From the NCBI RefSeq assembly GCF_004010195.1, contig NC_057728.1, positions 52,041,085-52,105,084 on the forward strand: 64,000 nt of DNA, in the 5' to 3' direction. Under the pieces are notes generated by a model. The model did no database searches. It saw only the letters and a list, made by a program, of their open reading frames with translations, and was not told the DNA's origin. Both the position numbers and the translations under genes were made by a program. Origin of the DNA: Chiloscyllium plagiosum. Taxonomy: Eukaryota. This document shows, piece by piece, positions 51,774-64,000 of this stretch. Position 1 is the stretch's first letter, and the number at the start of each line of letters is the position of its first letter.

Positions 51774-53304
51774 CTAGTAACAAATGAAAATCTCAAGGAT
51801 AAGCTCAATGAAAACTTAAGTGCAAGGACAAACACGGACTAGAGATAGTCAGAGATAACCATTAGTTTTTCTCACAGGTTCTGATTCAATTCCCTTTTCA
51901 GGAATAATCCACTCTTCCTGCATAATGGAAATGTAGCAAGCCAACCAGTAACAAAGTATCAAAAAGGCAATTGAAATATTTGGGAATATATATATATATA
52001 AAATGAGTCTAAACAGAGATTAAAGGCAAAAACAACATTTTGTCTGACTCACATTTCTTAACTGACTGCTGACACCTTCTCTTAAAGTAATCAGGTTTTA
52101 TATCTCATAGCACAATGATAAGGAAACAGCTGCTCATGTCAACATAAAGATTTTACTCAAATGTTTTTTAGCAGTAATTCTGCACAAATCAGAGGCAGAT
52201 GCAAAATGCTGTCCACTTTCTGGTTTTCATGGTTCCTAACTTGCCACTTCTAGGATAGAATATACATCGATTAGGATGAAATTATTTCACATTTTCTGTA
52301 TCATGCTCTTAAAGAGGAGCTCCAGGTTAAAACCATAGCAATTTAGAGCAGTTGGCCTTTCTCCATCCAGTAATTTATTCAGTCCCAATCCCCCAGTATG
52401 TCTATGTAGTGCTTGCAAGTTTATTTCCCTCAAGCATTTGGACATGTTTGATGTTATATTTTTATTATTTTCCTGCATTACTAGGTAATAAAATTCTTTC
52501 CTTCACTCCATAAAGTTTTGTAATTGGCTCATTAGTTTTGACAAATATGACATTTTAATTGAAGTGTGTGCTAAAAAGAAATGTTTGTTGCAGTCAACTG
52601 AGGGGGAATTTGAATGGCTAACAACAACACCTAACTATATTTTGTGTTGCTACCCCCTTCATCTGCCCAGACATTACTAAACATCTCCAGGCATCAGTTA
52701 GATTAACTTGAGGCTCACACTATTGATGTATCAAATAATTTGTGACTAAGAGACTGAGTATACAGCACCAAATCATTTTAGGATAGCTCAAAGGTTTGAA
52801 GAAAGGCAGTCAGTACTAAAATACCAGAAAGATTCTAATTAGTGCAGTGCAGTGCTAGTAATTTAAGCTGACGACAACAGGCTTGATGTGTTCTATAAAA
52901 ACCACAGTAAACAGCCACTTCCTAAAATCAATCAACAATTTCAGGATTCTCAATTAGATGTCTAAAACCCATTTAATTGATTAATTAACCTCCACTTCCT
53001 TCATGACCACACCCTTCTGTGGGAAGCCAGTTTCAGATCAAAGTTCTTCCTCACATTCCCCTGCATCTCTTTCCCAAAACCTTAGAACTGTCTCCCTTAA
53101 CACTTGTGACATTTTATCTTTAGCTAATGGAACAGCTTTCTCTATCTAACTTATCATCTTCTACACCTCTACTAAATCTCACCTCAATCTCCTTTGCAGC
53201 AATGTGAACAATTCCAGCTTCTCTGACCCAAACTGGGAGCTAAAATCCTCCTGAAACCACACTGACAAATCTTCACCACACTTTCTCAAGGGCCCTTCCT
53301 TTAG

Positions 53305-53637
53305 GATTAGATTAGATTAGATTAGATTAGATTACTTACAGTGTGGAAACAGGCCCTTCGGCCCAACAAGTCCACACCGACCCGCCGAAGCGCAACCCAC
53401 CCATACCCCTACATTTACCCCTTTAACCTAACACTACGGGCAATTTAGCATAGCCAATTCACCTGACCCGCACATCTTTGTGACTGTGGGAGGAAACCGG
53501 AGCACCCGGAGGTAACCCACGCAGACACGGGGAGAACGTGCAAACTCCACACAGTCAGTCGCCTGAGTCGGGAATTGAACCCGGGTCTCTGGCGCTGTGA
53601 GGCAGCAGTGCTAACCACTGTGCCACCGTGCCGCCCA
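53305..53637 (-). mobile_element. tRNA-derived V-SINE (HE1-like), young full-length copy
   Basis: Head GGGCGGCACGGTGGCACAGTGGTTAGC, B-box GGTTCAATTCC, V-domain and (TCTAA)n tail. Near-identical to 5682-5990. Confidence 0.9.
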
Positions 53638-53713
53638 CCACGGGTGGACATAATACTGTGGGTGAGGCCTAACAAGGTTCAGAATAATTGCTCTGCTTTT
53701 GTATTCAATTCCA

Positions 53714-54108
53714 CACACACCAAACAATCCGATCACTCTATGGCCAACCACTTCACCAACCCCTCCCACTCCGCCAAGAAAATGCAAGTCCTGGAACTCC
53801 TCCACCACCAAATCCTCGCCACCCGATACCTGGAGGAAGAACGCCTCCTCTTCTGCCTTGGGACCCTCCAACCACATGGCACTAATGTTAATTTCACCTG
53901 TTTCCTCACCTCTCTTCCCCCCACCTTATCCAAGGTCCAACCCTCCAACTCGGTACCGCTCTCGTGAACTGTCTGTTCTGTCCATCTTCCTTCCCACCTA
54001 TCCACTCCACCCTATTACCATCACCCCCCCAACCTTCATCTACCTATTACTTTCCTGCTTGACCTGTTGTGCTTTTCCAGCATCTGCAGTCCTCGCTTTC
54101 TCCTCTAT
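53714..54108 (+). mobile_element. Penelope-like (Neptune-type) 3' end: GIY-YIG C-terminus plus terminal repeat
   Basis: Reads MANHFTNPSHSAKKMQVLELLH...RYLEEERLLFCLGTLQPHGTNVNF, followed by the same terminal repeat seen in the fold-back elements. Confidence 0.75.
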
Positions 54109-55069
54109 TTGAGTCCAAAGATCTCATATGCTTTGTTGTCTTCCCCCTATGTAATGCCACTTTCAAAGATCATGCATGCAGGCCCCACTTGCTTCAGAAC
54201 TGTGCCATTAAATCCACATTGACTTTCTGCTGAAATAATATAACTTTACATTTCTTTATATTCAGATTTGTCTGTCCTTTTTACAAGCTGATCCAGGTTC
54301 AAACTCCAATCTAGAGGGACCCAACCCTAGTGAGATCTTCTGGGCAGATTTAAAGATAATCAAAAGGAACAGTCCAGGCTGCAAGTCAGACTCCAAGACA
54401 ATTAAAAAAGAAAGAACTGCGAAGGTTGGAAATCTGAAACAAAATCAGAAATGGCTGGAGAAACTCAGCGAGTCTGGAGAAAGAGATTGAGTTAATGTTT
54501 AGGTGCAGTGCCCCTTCTGCAGAACTCCTGGACCTCAGACGTTATCTCTGCTTTCTCTCCATAGATGCTATCAAATCTGCCAAGTTTCTCTTTTCGTTCC
54601 TAAATAATATGTTCTTATCCAATCAAACGCGCCCGAAGAGCGGGGTTTTGCTGTGTAAATGGAGACGGAATTGACATCACCGACAAACAACTCAGCAAGG
54701 AGTCCCAGCAAGCAAACAGAAAGAAATCAACTGCAAATTCCGACCAGTTCAGTAACTGTTCGCAGAAAGACATTGCAAACCCGGCTCACAAACTAAAGGG
54801 AGTCAATCCGGAGTTGGGGAGGGAACGGGTAACGTAGTCAATCTGGAGTTGGGGGGATGAAAAACGGAGTAAATTTGGAGTTGGACAGGAAATGGATAAC
54901 GGAGTAAGTTTGGAGATGGAGAGGAAACTCGTAATGAGGTTATAGCAGGATTGAATAACGGAGAAAAGTGAATCTAGAGGGAGCTAGATTACGGAGTTAA
55001 CCGTAATTACAGAGTTAAACAGGGGAGTTGCGGAGTGGATAAGGAGTGAGCGAGGGTCAGAAGAGATGC

Positions 55070-55378
55070 CGAGTGAAGGTGGATTGGGGAGGTGTAGGGG
55101 AGATGCAGAGTTGATCTGGAGTGAAGTTGGATTGGGAAACGGGGGAGATGTGGAGTGCATCTGGAGTGAAGGTGGATTGGGGGTGTAGGGGAGATGCAGA
55201 GTGGATCTGGAGTGAAGGTGGATTGGAGGGACAGGGGAGATGCAGAGTGGATCTGGAGTGAAGGTGGATTGGGGGTGTAGGGGAAATGTGGAGTGGATTT
55301 GGAGTGAAGGTGGATTGGAGGGACAGGGGAGATGTGGAGTGGATCTGGATTGGGGGGTGTAGGGGAGATGTGGAGTTG
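55070..55378 (+). repeat. G-rich minisatellite of about 46 bp (about 7 copies); more degenerate related repeats at 54800-55020
   Basis: Unit is approximately GTGGATCTGGAGTGAAGGTGGATTGGGGGTGTAGGGGAGATGCAGA. Confidence 0.9.
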
Positions 55379-55389
55379 GTGTCACTCAC

Positions 55390-55400
55390 CCTGATGCCAT
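55390..55400 (-). CDS. endoul: Poly(U)-specific endoribonuclease (XendoU-type), coding part of exon 1
   Basis: Sequence is agtATGGCATCAGG|GTGAGT (MAS-G). The phase-2 donor matches the exon 2 acceptor, and XendoU also starts MAS. The seven exons total 876 nt, giving 291 aa plus stop. Confidence 0.75.
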
Positions 55401-55500
55401 ACTCCTGCCCGGGCTGTGCCGCCTCTGATACAAAGTACCTCCGCAGCTCGGGATCGCTCACTGCGACCGGGGCGGCAACGCACCCTCCTATTGGTCGGTT
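55401..55500 (-). promoter_or_regulatory. CpG-rich 5' UTR/promoter of the EndoU-like gene
   Basis: CpG cluster, GC box GGGGCGG at 55469-55475, CCAAT on the minus strand at 55490-55494. Confidence 0.65.
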
Positions 55501-56569
55501 TTTTGTTACTCTTCTACATCTAGGGTGGAGAGGGGGGGGAAGGGAGGATGGGAGGGAAGGAATGGGGAAAAAAAATTAAAGAGGGAGGGGAATCGTTGCG
55601 GGGGGGAGAAGGGAAGGGATCAAGGAAAGAATGAGAGAATTGGGGGAAGAGTGGGATTGATTGGGGTAAGGGAAGAAATGGTGTAAGTAAACTAGCTGAA
55701 GGCAAGCGATTGGGTTACAGAAGAGGGACTGCAGGAATTGAAGAAACAGAGCAAAGGGAGGGTGAAAAATGAGGGACATTTAAAACGTTTGAGCTATGCA
55801 TCATTTGAGAAGGTAAATTCAAATATAGAGGAGGTGTTTCATAGTCATTCCAAGGCCAGCATTTACTGACCATCCTGAAATGTGCACGAAAGGGAGGTGA
55901 AGAGGATAAAGTAAAATTGGGTTGAAATTGATGAGTAATGTGGGTGATTCGGTGCATTATTATCTCTGGCTGTGCAATGTCTGGGCTTGTTCACTGACAA
56001 ATCAGTAAAGGACGGGGAACTGCGGCTGGTCGTTTAGTTTTCTGGCATTATGATTAAACCGGTCTGAAACAGATTTCTGATCCCCAACTTTGTGTGAAGT
56101 TGTCACTCTCAACTGGGTTAAACTGGTGCCCCAGTTTAAGTGACAGGTTGGCTGAATGGGTGTAGCTAGAAGAGACTCCACCTATCCTGGGCTCTGGCGT
56201 TGGAAAGTCTGACTAAAACCATTGGCCCAGAGCCCGGAAGCATTGATCAAACAAAGTAACAGGACTGGCTGCTTATAGCTTCCTGACTCACGTTTTTGTA
56301 ACGCCTTTTTGACAAATGTATGTAGCCTTCTCAGCTGTGAGTTAGAAAGTTATCTTCAATTCGCACTCTCGGGCTTGAACACACAAGCAGAGACTGACAC
56401 ACCAGTGTACAATTGAAATCCCTCTTGGGACATAAAAGATCCCCTGGCTGCGTTTGAAAGAAGAGCAGAAGTATTCTCTTGGCCCACTGGATAATGTTTA
56501 TCCCTCAAATGTCACAGAACAATTAGTTATCTGGCTATATATCATTTTCCTGTCTATAGGATTTGCAAA

Positions 56570-57760
56570 TTGCCAACTGGCAAAACAGGTCCACAGCGGA
56601 TGCCATTTCCCCATCCCTACACTCATCCCTGGAACATCGAGATAACAAGGATATCTACGTCAGGCTCCTACTCATCGATTACAGTTCTGCCTTCAATACC
56701 ATAATCCCGACCAGGCTCATCTCAAACCTGTGACCTAGGTCTCAGTTCTGTCCTCTGCAACAGGATCCTCAGCTTTCTGACCCACAGACTGCAATCAATG
56801 AAGATGGATAATATTACCTCCTCCATGATAATCCTCAACACCAGCATCCCACAAGATGAGTACACAGCCCCCGACTGTTCTGCCTGTACACCCATGATTG
56901 TAGTCAAACTTTGTACGAACACTATCTACAAGTTTGCTGATTATACCACTGTTTTGGGCCAGATATCAAACATTGACAAGTCAGAATACCAGAAGGAGAG
57001 TATGTGCTTGGTGTGGTGGTGCAATGATAACAATCTCTGTGTTAGCAAAACAAAAGAACTGATCATTGACTTCAGGAAGAAAAGAGAAGGACATGCTCAC
57101 ATCTGCATCAGCAGAGTTGAGGCGTCAAGCTTCTAAAAGTGACGACAACCAACAATCTGCCCTGGACCTCCCATTTAGATGCAATGGTCAAGAAGGCACA
57201 ACAACACCTTTTTCTTCCTCATGAAGCTTAGTGAATTCAGCATGTCCATATGGACCGTCTCCAACTTTTACAGATGCACCATATAAAGCATTCTACCTGA
57301 GAGTGTAATGGCTTGGTACAGCAACTGTTCTGCCCAGACTAATAGAAACTACAGAAAGTTGTGTGCACAGCCCAGGTCATCACAGAAACCAGCCTCCCAT
57401 TCGTGGACTCCATTGACAGCTAATATCATCAAAGACCCTTACCACCCCTAATGCTCTCTTACAACCTCTTCTGTCAGGAAGAAGATAGAAGCTTGAACAC
57501 ACATCAGCAGGTACAAGAACCGCTTATTCCCTGCTGCTATCAGATTGCCAAATGGACCTCTCGGATTTCAAATCCACTGTTGATCTTACTTTTGTGCACC
57601 TTCTTTGCAGCTGTAACCTTGTATGCCTCGCTCTGTGTAAACATCCTACTATCTGTACGTCCTTGTTTGCTATGATCTGCCTGTACTGATTGCAAAACTA
57701 AATTTTTCATTGTACTTAGGTACATGTGACTACAACAAAACACGTGACAATCAAATCAAA
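56570..57760 (+). mobile_element. Rex1/Babar-type LINE 3' fragment (RT, degraded)
   Basis: Reads ...[30 protein letters not shown]...IYKFADYTTVLGQI...KTKELIIDFRKK. Same family as 42635-44065. Confidence 0.85.
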
Positions 57761-59644
57761 AGGATCTTATGGTGCACACAGTTGGCGGCTGGATTTCCTA
57801 CAAGTGTGACACTTTAACCATGTGATTTTTGTTGTATTTTTTAATATAAAAAGTATTTTTGGTGTCTAGCCATGAAATGGGCTGTATAGAACATAGGAAA
57901 GGGAGTGGGCCCTTCTAAGTGTATTCCACCATTTAATTAGATCTTGGCTGATCATCTATCTCAACATCACTTTCCCATGCCTCTATTTATCATTCATTTC
58001 CATAAATCTATTGATCTCAGTCTTGAGCATACTCAATGGTTAAGCTTCCACAGTTCTCAGGGAAAGAATTCCAAAAATTCACTACTCGCTGAATGAAAGT
58101 GCGGGAAAGTATTCATGCAAGCCTCTTTTTCTTTTAGATGTCCCTAAAACCTTGTGATAGCAAATGCAGTTTTTATTTTGAAGTGCAGTGATCACTTGGA
58201 ATGAAGGAAACACAGCAACCAATTTGTGCGCAACAAGCTCCCAAAATGGCTATTTGCAAGTAAGATTGATTGAGAGAGATGTACTGAAGAAGACATTAGG
58301 AAGAGCTCCTCCTCACTCAGTGCTATCTTGAATGTTTTACATTAACTTGTGAAGGAAGGAAGTACGTACCCTGGTTCAATGTTTCAATAAAAAGATGAAA
58401 ACTTGAGAATGTTTTTCTCCGTCCTGTTCTTTGCAGAATGCAACCCGGCCATCCTATATTTCAATAGGACATTGTGGCACTCCCCTCAGTAGCCACCCTC
58501 TGGGTGGTACAGTGCTTCCCTCAGTACCGTTCCTTGGAAGGTGCAGCACTCCCTTCTATATTCTCTCTTGGACTGTACACCACTACCTTTGGGACTGCCC
58601 CTCGGACAGTCTGGTATTCTCTCAGTGGAGTGTCCACTGAACTTTTGAGCTCAAGTGTAGAACTTAAATCCACAAACTTCGGACTTGGGTCATTGGTTCT
58701 TTTCTGACTCAACAAAGGCTGAATCTGTTTAAACATGGTGAGGTGTAAAGTATTTTGAGAGGACATGGAAAGGGGAGTACACATTGTACTTTCGAGGATC
58801 TTACCATTCAGAGGGACCTCTGTCCAAAGATTGTTGAAGGCAATGTAACTGGTGATTAAGGCATAAGAGGTATTTACTTTAATAGTCAAGACATTGAATA
58901 CAAGGTCTGGGAGGATATGATGGAGCTATATGTAATGTTAGGCCACAGCTGGAGTAGTGTGTACAGTTCTGGTCACCACACTATGGAAGGATGTGATTGC
59001 ACTGGAGAGGGTGCAGAGGAGATTCACCAGGATATTGCCTGGGCTGAAGCAATTCAATTACATAGAGAGAGGCTTGGGGTAGCTTTCCTTACAGTAGAGC
59101 AAGCTAAGGTGGTAGAGGTGTACAAAACTGAGGGACATTGACATGGTAGAGAGAGAGAGAGAAATGTTTCCCTTTAATGGGGTAAACATCCAGGGGATGC
59201 AATTTTAAATTAAGGATAGAAGGTTAAGTGGGAATTTGAGGAAGGAGTTTGAGTGTCTGGGACTCATTGCTTAAAATGGTGGTAGAGGCAGGAACCATGA
59301 CAATATTTAAGGAATATTTGGATGAACAATTAAAATGCTACAACTAAACAAGCCTACAGGCCAAGTGCTGGGGAAAAAAGGAGCGGAGTAGCTAAGTGCA
59401 TGATGACCATGCAGAAGTGATGGGTTAGTGGGTCTCCTTTTGTGTTGTAAAGACATTTTTGACTCCGAGGCAAAGAATGTTACCCAGTGGCTGGGGAAAG
59501 GAAAAAAAGTGGGTTGGTTGGGAAAATATTTAAAATAATTGGCAGAATTATAGGGAAGAAATTTCCTCAGGAGGTAGATTATTAAAATCTGGAAGGCACA
59601 GCGTGAAAGGTGGATAGAATGAGATTCCTTGGGAATTTTCCATG

Positions 59645-59835
59645 GGAGAATGTGAGGACTGCAGATGTTGGAGATCAGAGTTGAAGAGTGCAGTGCTGGA
59701 AAAACACAGTTGGTCAGGCAGCATCCGAGGAGCAAGAGAGTCAACGTTTCGACCATAAGCTCTTCAGCTCGAAGCATCGACTCTCCTCCTCGGATGCTGT
59801 CTGGCTGTGCTTTTCCAGCACCACACCCAATGTGG
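59645..59835. mobile_element. Fold-back Penelope-derived insertion
   Basis: Inverted pair of the terminal repeat with GAAACGTT on the minus strand, flanked by TTCCATGG/TCCCATGG. Confidence 0.65.
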
Positions 59836-60192
59836 TTCCCATGGAAAGTTGAAAGAACTAATATGCAAGGATATTTGGAAAAGACTTGGAAATAGGGTTA
59901 AATTGGATAGCTCATTCAAAGAGTAAGGTAATGCCTGTGTCCTTGAAGGGTTGTCAATGTCTCTATATTAGAGAGAGACAATTGGTTATGTTTAGCTTGA
60001 TTGGCAGTATTCCACAAGCAAGGTGAGGAGGCAGGATTTCTGCAAACTATCACAGGTATTGAACATGTGCTCTGTATTTTACTGAGTCATTCTGTAACCA
60101 TCCAAACAAACTGACCAAATGCAGAAAGCGATCTGAATGACCTCTTCCTGTGCTGTAAGATATCTCTGACAATATCCATCTCCATTCTGCAG

Positions 60193-60321
60193 GCAATTGG
60201 CTCCATTCTGAGGTCATTGCTTGACTTCATTTTGAACCTGTTTCAGCTTAAAGTTAAGGGTCCGCCAATCACACTTGAGGATCCAAATACCAAGTATCCG
60301 TTGAGGTTGATTGATAAAGAG
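60193..60321 (+). CDS. CYB5R3: NADH-cytochrome b5 reductase, coding exon 2 (membrane anchor to start of FAD-binding domain)
   Basis: Translates [43 protein letters not shown]. CAG acceptor, GTGAGT donor, 129 nt. Compare human [20 protein letters not shown]. The paralog assignment (R3 versus R1/R2) is by eye. Confidence 0.88.
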
Positions 60322-61219
60322 GTGAGTGAACTTGTTCTGAATTAAACCATGTCAATAAACAATGATTCAAATGACCTGTTGTCATTTTCTCAAATCCGTT
60401 TAACTTCAGTCACCATTTAAGCTGGACACCTTGATGGGTTGAGGGTTAATAATCGAACTATTTTTTGTCTCTCAGAAGAAGAGGATTTTCAAGTACATAC
60501 TGGGTAGCAGTGCAACACTATAGAGAAATTATTACTGTCCTTCTGCAAAACTGAGTAATTACCAGCCAGATACATTGAGCAAGAAAATAAGTGACCGGGA
60601 CAGCTTCAGTCATGAGTGATTAAATTATAACTCTTATTAATGTCACATAAGCACAGGGAAATGGGATCAATGTTCTATAGGATAGGAGAATAAGTAAAAA
60701 AGCTTACTCTTTAAATAATTCAAGAATGAGCAAAACAGGAAGTCTTGATTTGAGAGAACAGCTTTGCAGTAAACATTTACAACCATTTATGCAAACAGAT
60801 GGTTTTCAAAGGATTTAAGATCAGATGCACCATGGAGTTTTATCTAAGTTAGTTGTAGAGTCATACAGCATGGAAACAGACCCTTCAGTCCAACCAGTCC
60901 ATGCTGACCATAATTCCAGACTAAACTAGTCCCACCTGCCTGCACTTGATCCATATCTTTCCAGACATTATTTATTCATGTATATCTCTAAATGCCTTCT
61001 AAACACTGTAACTGTACCCGCATCCACCACTTCCTCTGGATGTTCATTCCACACACAAACCACTCTATTTAAAAAAAAAATGCCACTCACATTATCTATA
61101 CCCCTCATTTTATAAACCTATAAGATCACCCCTCAACCTCCTATGCTCCAGTTGGAAAATAAAAGTCCCAGCCTATTCCAGCAACACATTTTCAGCTCTG
61201 ATCTCCAGCATCTGCAGTC

Positions 61220-61590
61220 CTCACTTTCTCCTGTAAAAGTTGACACCCTGGTTTTTGGCCAAACAATCTGGAATTTTCTATATATATCGGGTAAAGGTCG
61301 ACCCTAGTTCTTCACAGATAACCGGCCGTCACATCCCGCTTCAGCTTTGAAATCTGCCGGTTATTCCCCACCGCTCCTGGACTTCCAGTCCACTGGCTGT
61401 AGTGATCTGCTCCAGGTTTTCAGAATTATGATAATTCATTTTTTTTCTTCCTTTACAGATCAATTGGGCTTCCAATAATGATACTGTATGAATTTCAGCC
61501 CCTCAAAAATAGTATCCATGTAATAGTCAACCCCATAAATTTAATCTTAAAAGGTAGTTTAAAAAACAACTATTACTCGAGTATATATGG
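61220..61590. mobile_element. Tc1/mariner-type non-autonomous element (one end visible)
   Basis: Right end tactcgagtatatatgg(g)ta with internal GTCGACCC-like repeats. The left TIR was not found. Confidence 0.45.
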
Positions 61591-61829
61591 GTAATACCTT
61601 TCCCATAACAGAGACCAGAACTGAACCCCAGATGGTCTAACCAATGTCCCAACTCCTGTATTCAAAGGTCTCAGCAATAAAGACAAGCGTGCTAAACACC
61701 TTAACTGCCCCACCTATATGTGATGCAAACTTTAAAGAATTATGTACCTGAACCCCTAGGTGTGTCTCATTATCCAAAGCTCTACTTTTAATTGTATAAG
61801 CCTTGCCTTTGTTTTACCAAAATACAATA

Positions 61830-62049
61830 CAGTTGGTTCTGCCATAACGTGTGTTTCTTCAATGCCAATTGGCTTAAATGCAATTTGAAGAATTTAGAAT
61901 ATTATTTGTAGAACGTGAACTCTCCTTACATGTATCAGCTATAACACAATTCTGGTTCCATTAGGTTAGATGGCGCAGATATTGTGCAATTTTCTTATAA
62001 CGCAAGATCGCACGAGAACGGAACTATCACGTTATATCAGAACCGACTG
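61830..62049. mobile_element. Tigger-like MITE with TA target-site duplication
   Basis: TIR cagttggttctgccataacgtg versus the right-end reverse complement cagtcggttctgatataacgtg. TA on both flanks (61828-61829 and 62050-62051). Confidence 0.88.
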
Positions 62050-63784
62050 TATCTCGCATTTATCCAAATTGAACTCCATCTCCCACTCTTCAGCCCATTG
62101 GCCCAAAATATCAAGATCTCTTTATAATCTTAGATAGTCATCTTCACTGTTCTATATAAACAAAGTGAGACGTATAATAGAGTTTTGAGTTCAACATTTG
62201 TTTGAAGGGTTTATAAGAGAAAATGACTATATAAATTTTAAAAAGTCATTGTGTGCACAAAGTAGATCAATTATGTGTAGTATGTATCATTTTAAAAAAA
62301 AAAGAGGGTCTGGACAGAGTAGGAAAGGATAAATCCCTCTCCTTGCTGAAATATTGAGAACCCATGGTATATATTGAAGAAAATTTTCAATCGATCTATT
62401 AGTGAAAGGAGGAAAACATTCTATATACAGTGAATGGTTAAGATCCGGAATGAACTGCCTCTGTGCAGTGAAGGTACGTTCACTCATGCCTTCAAAATGG
62501 TATTGAATAATTATCCAATTGAAAATATTTTCATGTCTGTAGTGCAAACAGAGGCGTGGGATGAACGGTATTGTTCTTGCAGATGCAGTGTGTTGAGTGC
62601 TTCATTCTGCACTGTTCTGTGATTTTAACAGTGTCTTAAATGTCAAGAAGTGCCTTGCCAACATAGTCAAGTGTGACCCACATGAAAAATATTTGCACCC
62701 AATGCATGAATATAAAATGAACAAATAAAAGCTATCATCAGTCTGTCATATTCTTGTACAGTTGTATAAAGGTGAAGTTTACTTTGAACTTGGCTTTGTT
62801 ACTGAAGCTGCTTATCACTGTCCAAAGTATTTGATCCAAAGTAAATGATTAATGCTTTACTGCAATTTATACACAACCTTGCTGTTACAGATAGTGAAGC
62901 ATTAAATTAACTCGGCTTAGAATCAGTCAGGGATATGGTTCATCTTTGTAGCAGCAGCATGGCTGATGTTTATTGTAACATTATCTTATTACAAATAAAC
63001 CAATAGCATATCATTGACTTTTGGCTTAGTGATGTTCAAAATATTTTTTTCTTGGCTCCAGGCAGCCAAGGTTATCATGTCCCACTTTGAAGCCCAAATT
63101 ATTTGGGGTAGTGCGGAGGTGGTTAAAAGCCTGGGAACTGTATTTTTTAGATTTATTATTCACTACTACTGAGAATGCTCTTTTTTTTTCTTCTTTCCTG
63201 TCTTCCTCCTGATCTGTATTTCTCAAAATATGGTTTGTTGAATGTGTGATAAAGGTCAATGTTGACTCATTGAGAAATTTGAGTTAGGCTGCATTTCTAC
63301 AGCATTTTGCATTCTCCCTTTGGCAGCGAGGGGAGATGAGTGGAATTTCTTGGATTATAGAGTTGCACAGCCTGGAAATAAACCCTTTGGTTCAACTTAT
63401 CAATGCTGGTCTGATATACAAAACCAACCTAGTCCCATTTGCCAACATTTGACCCATATCGCCCTAAACCCTTCCTATTCATATACCCATCCAGATGCCT
63501 TTTGAATGATGGAGTTGTACCAGCCTCCTCCACTTCCGCTGGCTGCTCATTCCATACACACACCACCCTCTGCTCTTTAGGTGGATCACTGATTAGTTAG
63601 TAACTCCATTCGCATTGCATCGTATGCTAGCAGCATTTTGGTTTGTTTTTAACTAATAATCTCTAATGTTTATAATGTTAATCAGATCTAATCTGGCTTC
63701 CTGAATTGGATCAATACTATGGAAACTTTACACAGTTGCAAATGTATATGACAGTACTTCGAGGATTGTGTTTGCTCTTCTCAG

Positions 63785-63857
63785 GTTGTTTCCCGTGACA
63801 CTCGGAGATTCCGCTTTGCCCTCCCTTCTCCAGATCATGTCTTGGGCCTCCCAGTTG
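63785..63857 (+). CDS. CYB5R3: NADH-cytochrome b5 reductase, coding exon 3
   Basis: Translates [24 protein letters not shown](G). Polypyrimidine-CAG acceptor, GTGAGT donor, 73 nt as in human CYB5R3 exon 3. Confidence 0.92.
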
Positions 63858-64000
63858 GTGAGTCTGTATCTAATTGCTGATATATTTTGGAAATCGGAAC
63901 TTGTGTTTACTGTAAGTTAAGATTTACTGCAGTCACAAGTTCCGTTCCCCATGTTTGCATAAATTTCTACCTTTTCCTTGGGAAAAGTATTACATCTTGA

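Larger units (their letters stand above)
60855..62150 (-). mobile_element. CR1 LINE 3' fragment interrupted by DNA-transposon MITEs
   Basis: 3' end matches 43410-43910. It resumes at 61590-61829 and 62050-62150. Confidence 0.7.

Noticed and set aside
53560-53637. tRNA gene
   Set aside because: The A/B boxes belong to a SINE head. There is no full cloverleaf, and the sequence continues into the V-domain.
54984-55461. Pro/Ser/His-rich ORFs on the minus strand
   Set aside because: They are translations of the G-rich minisatellite beyond the exon 1 donor.
58730-58743. AAACATG|GTGAGG as an ATG-only first exon of CYB5R3
   Set aside because: The phase fits, but it lies at the start of a degraded CR1 fragment with no promoter features. 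It is kept only as a fallback alternative.
63026-63259. 77-aa minus-strand ORF (possible last exon of another gene such as TCP11L2)
   Set aside because: No recognisable similarity, and it lies within the CYB5R3 intron on the opposite strand.

Overview
This is vertebrate genomic DNA, about half of it repeats. The HE1-type V-SINEs, DeuSINEs and dense CR1 fragments point to a cartilaginous fish (shark); that assignment is an inference. Three spliced protein-coding genes can be read by hand. (1) POLR3B (RNA polymerase III second-largest subunit) has coding exons 1-9 on the minus strand (15033 down to 1786) and runs off the left edge. (2) A complete 7-exon XendoU-type poly(U)-specific endoribonuclease gene (endoul/endou2-like, 291 aa) lies on the minus strand (55400 down to 23767). 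(3) An NADH-cytochrome b5 reductase gene, most like CYB5R3, lies on the plus strand (exons at 60193-60321 and 63785-63857) and runs off the right edge. Its best candidate first coding exon (40960-40980) is inside intron 1 of the EndoU gene, which suggests an interleaved antisense overlap. Introns and intergenic DNA hold Penelope-like elements with hammerhead-ribozyme motifs (several families, some as fold-back insertions with target-site duplications). They also hold CR1 and Rex1/Babar LINE fragments, SINEs, Gypsy/solo LTRs, TA-flanked MITEs and two minisatellites. Exon coordinates were checked against splice dinucleotides and reading-frame phase. Repeat boundaries are approximate and repeat family names come from recognition, not from a database search.
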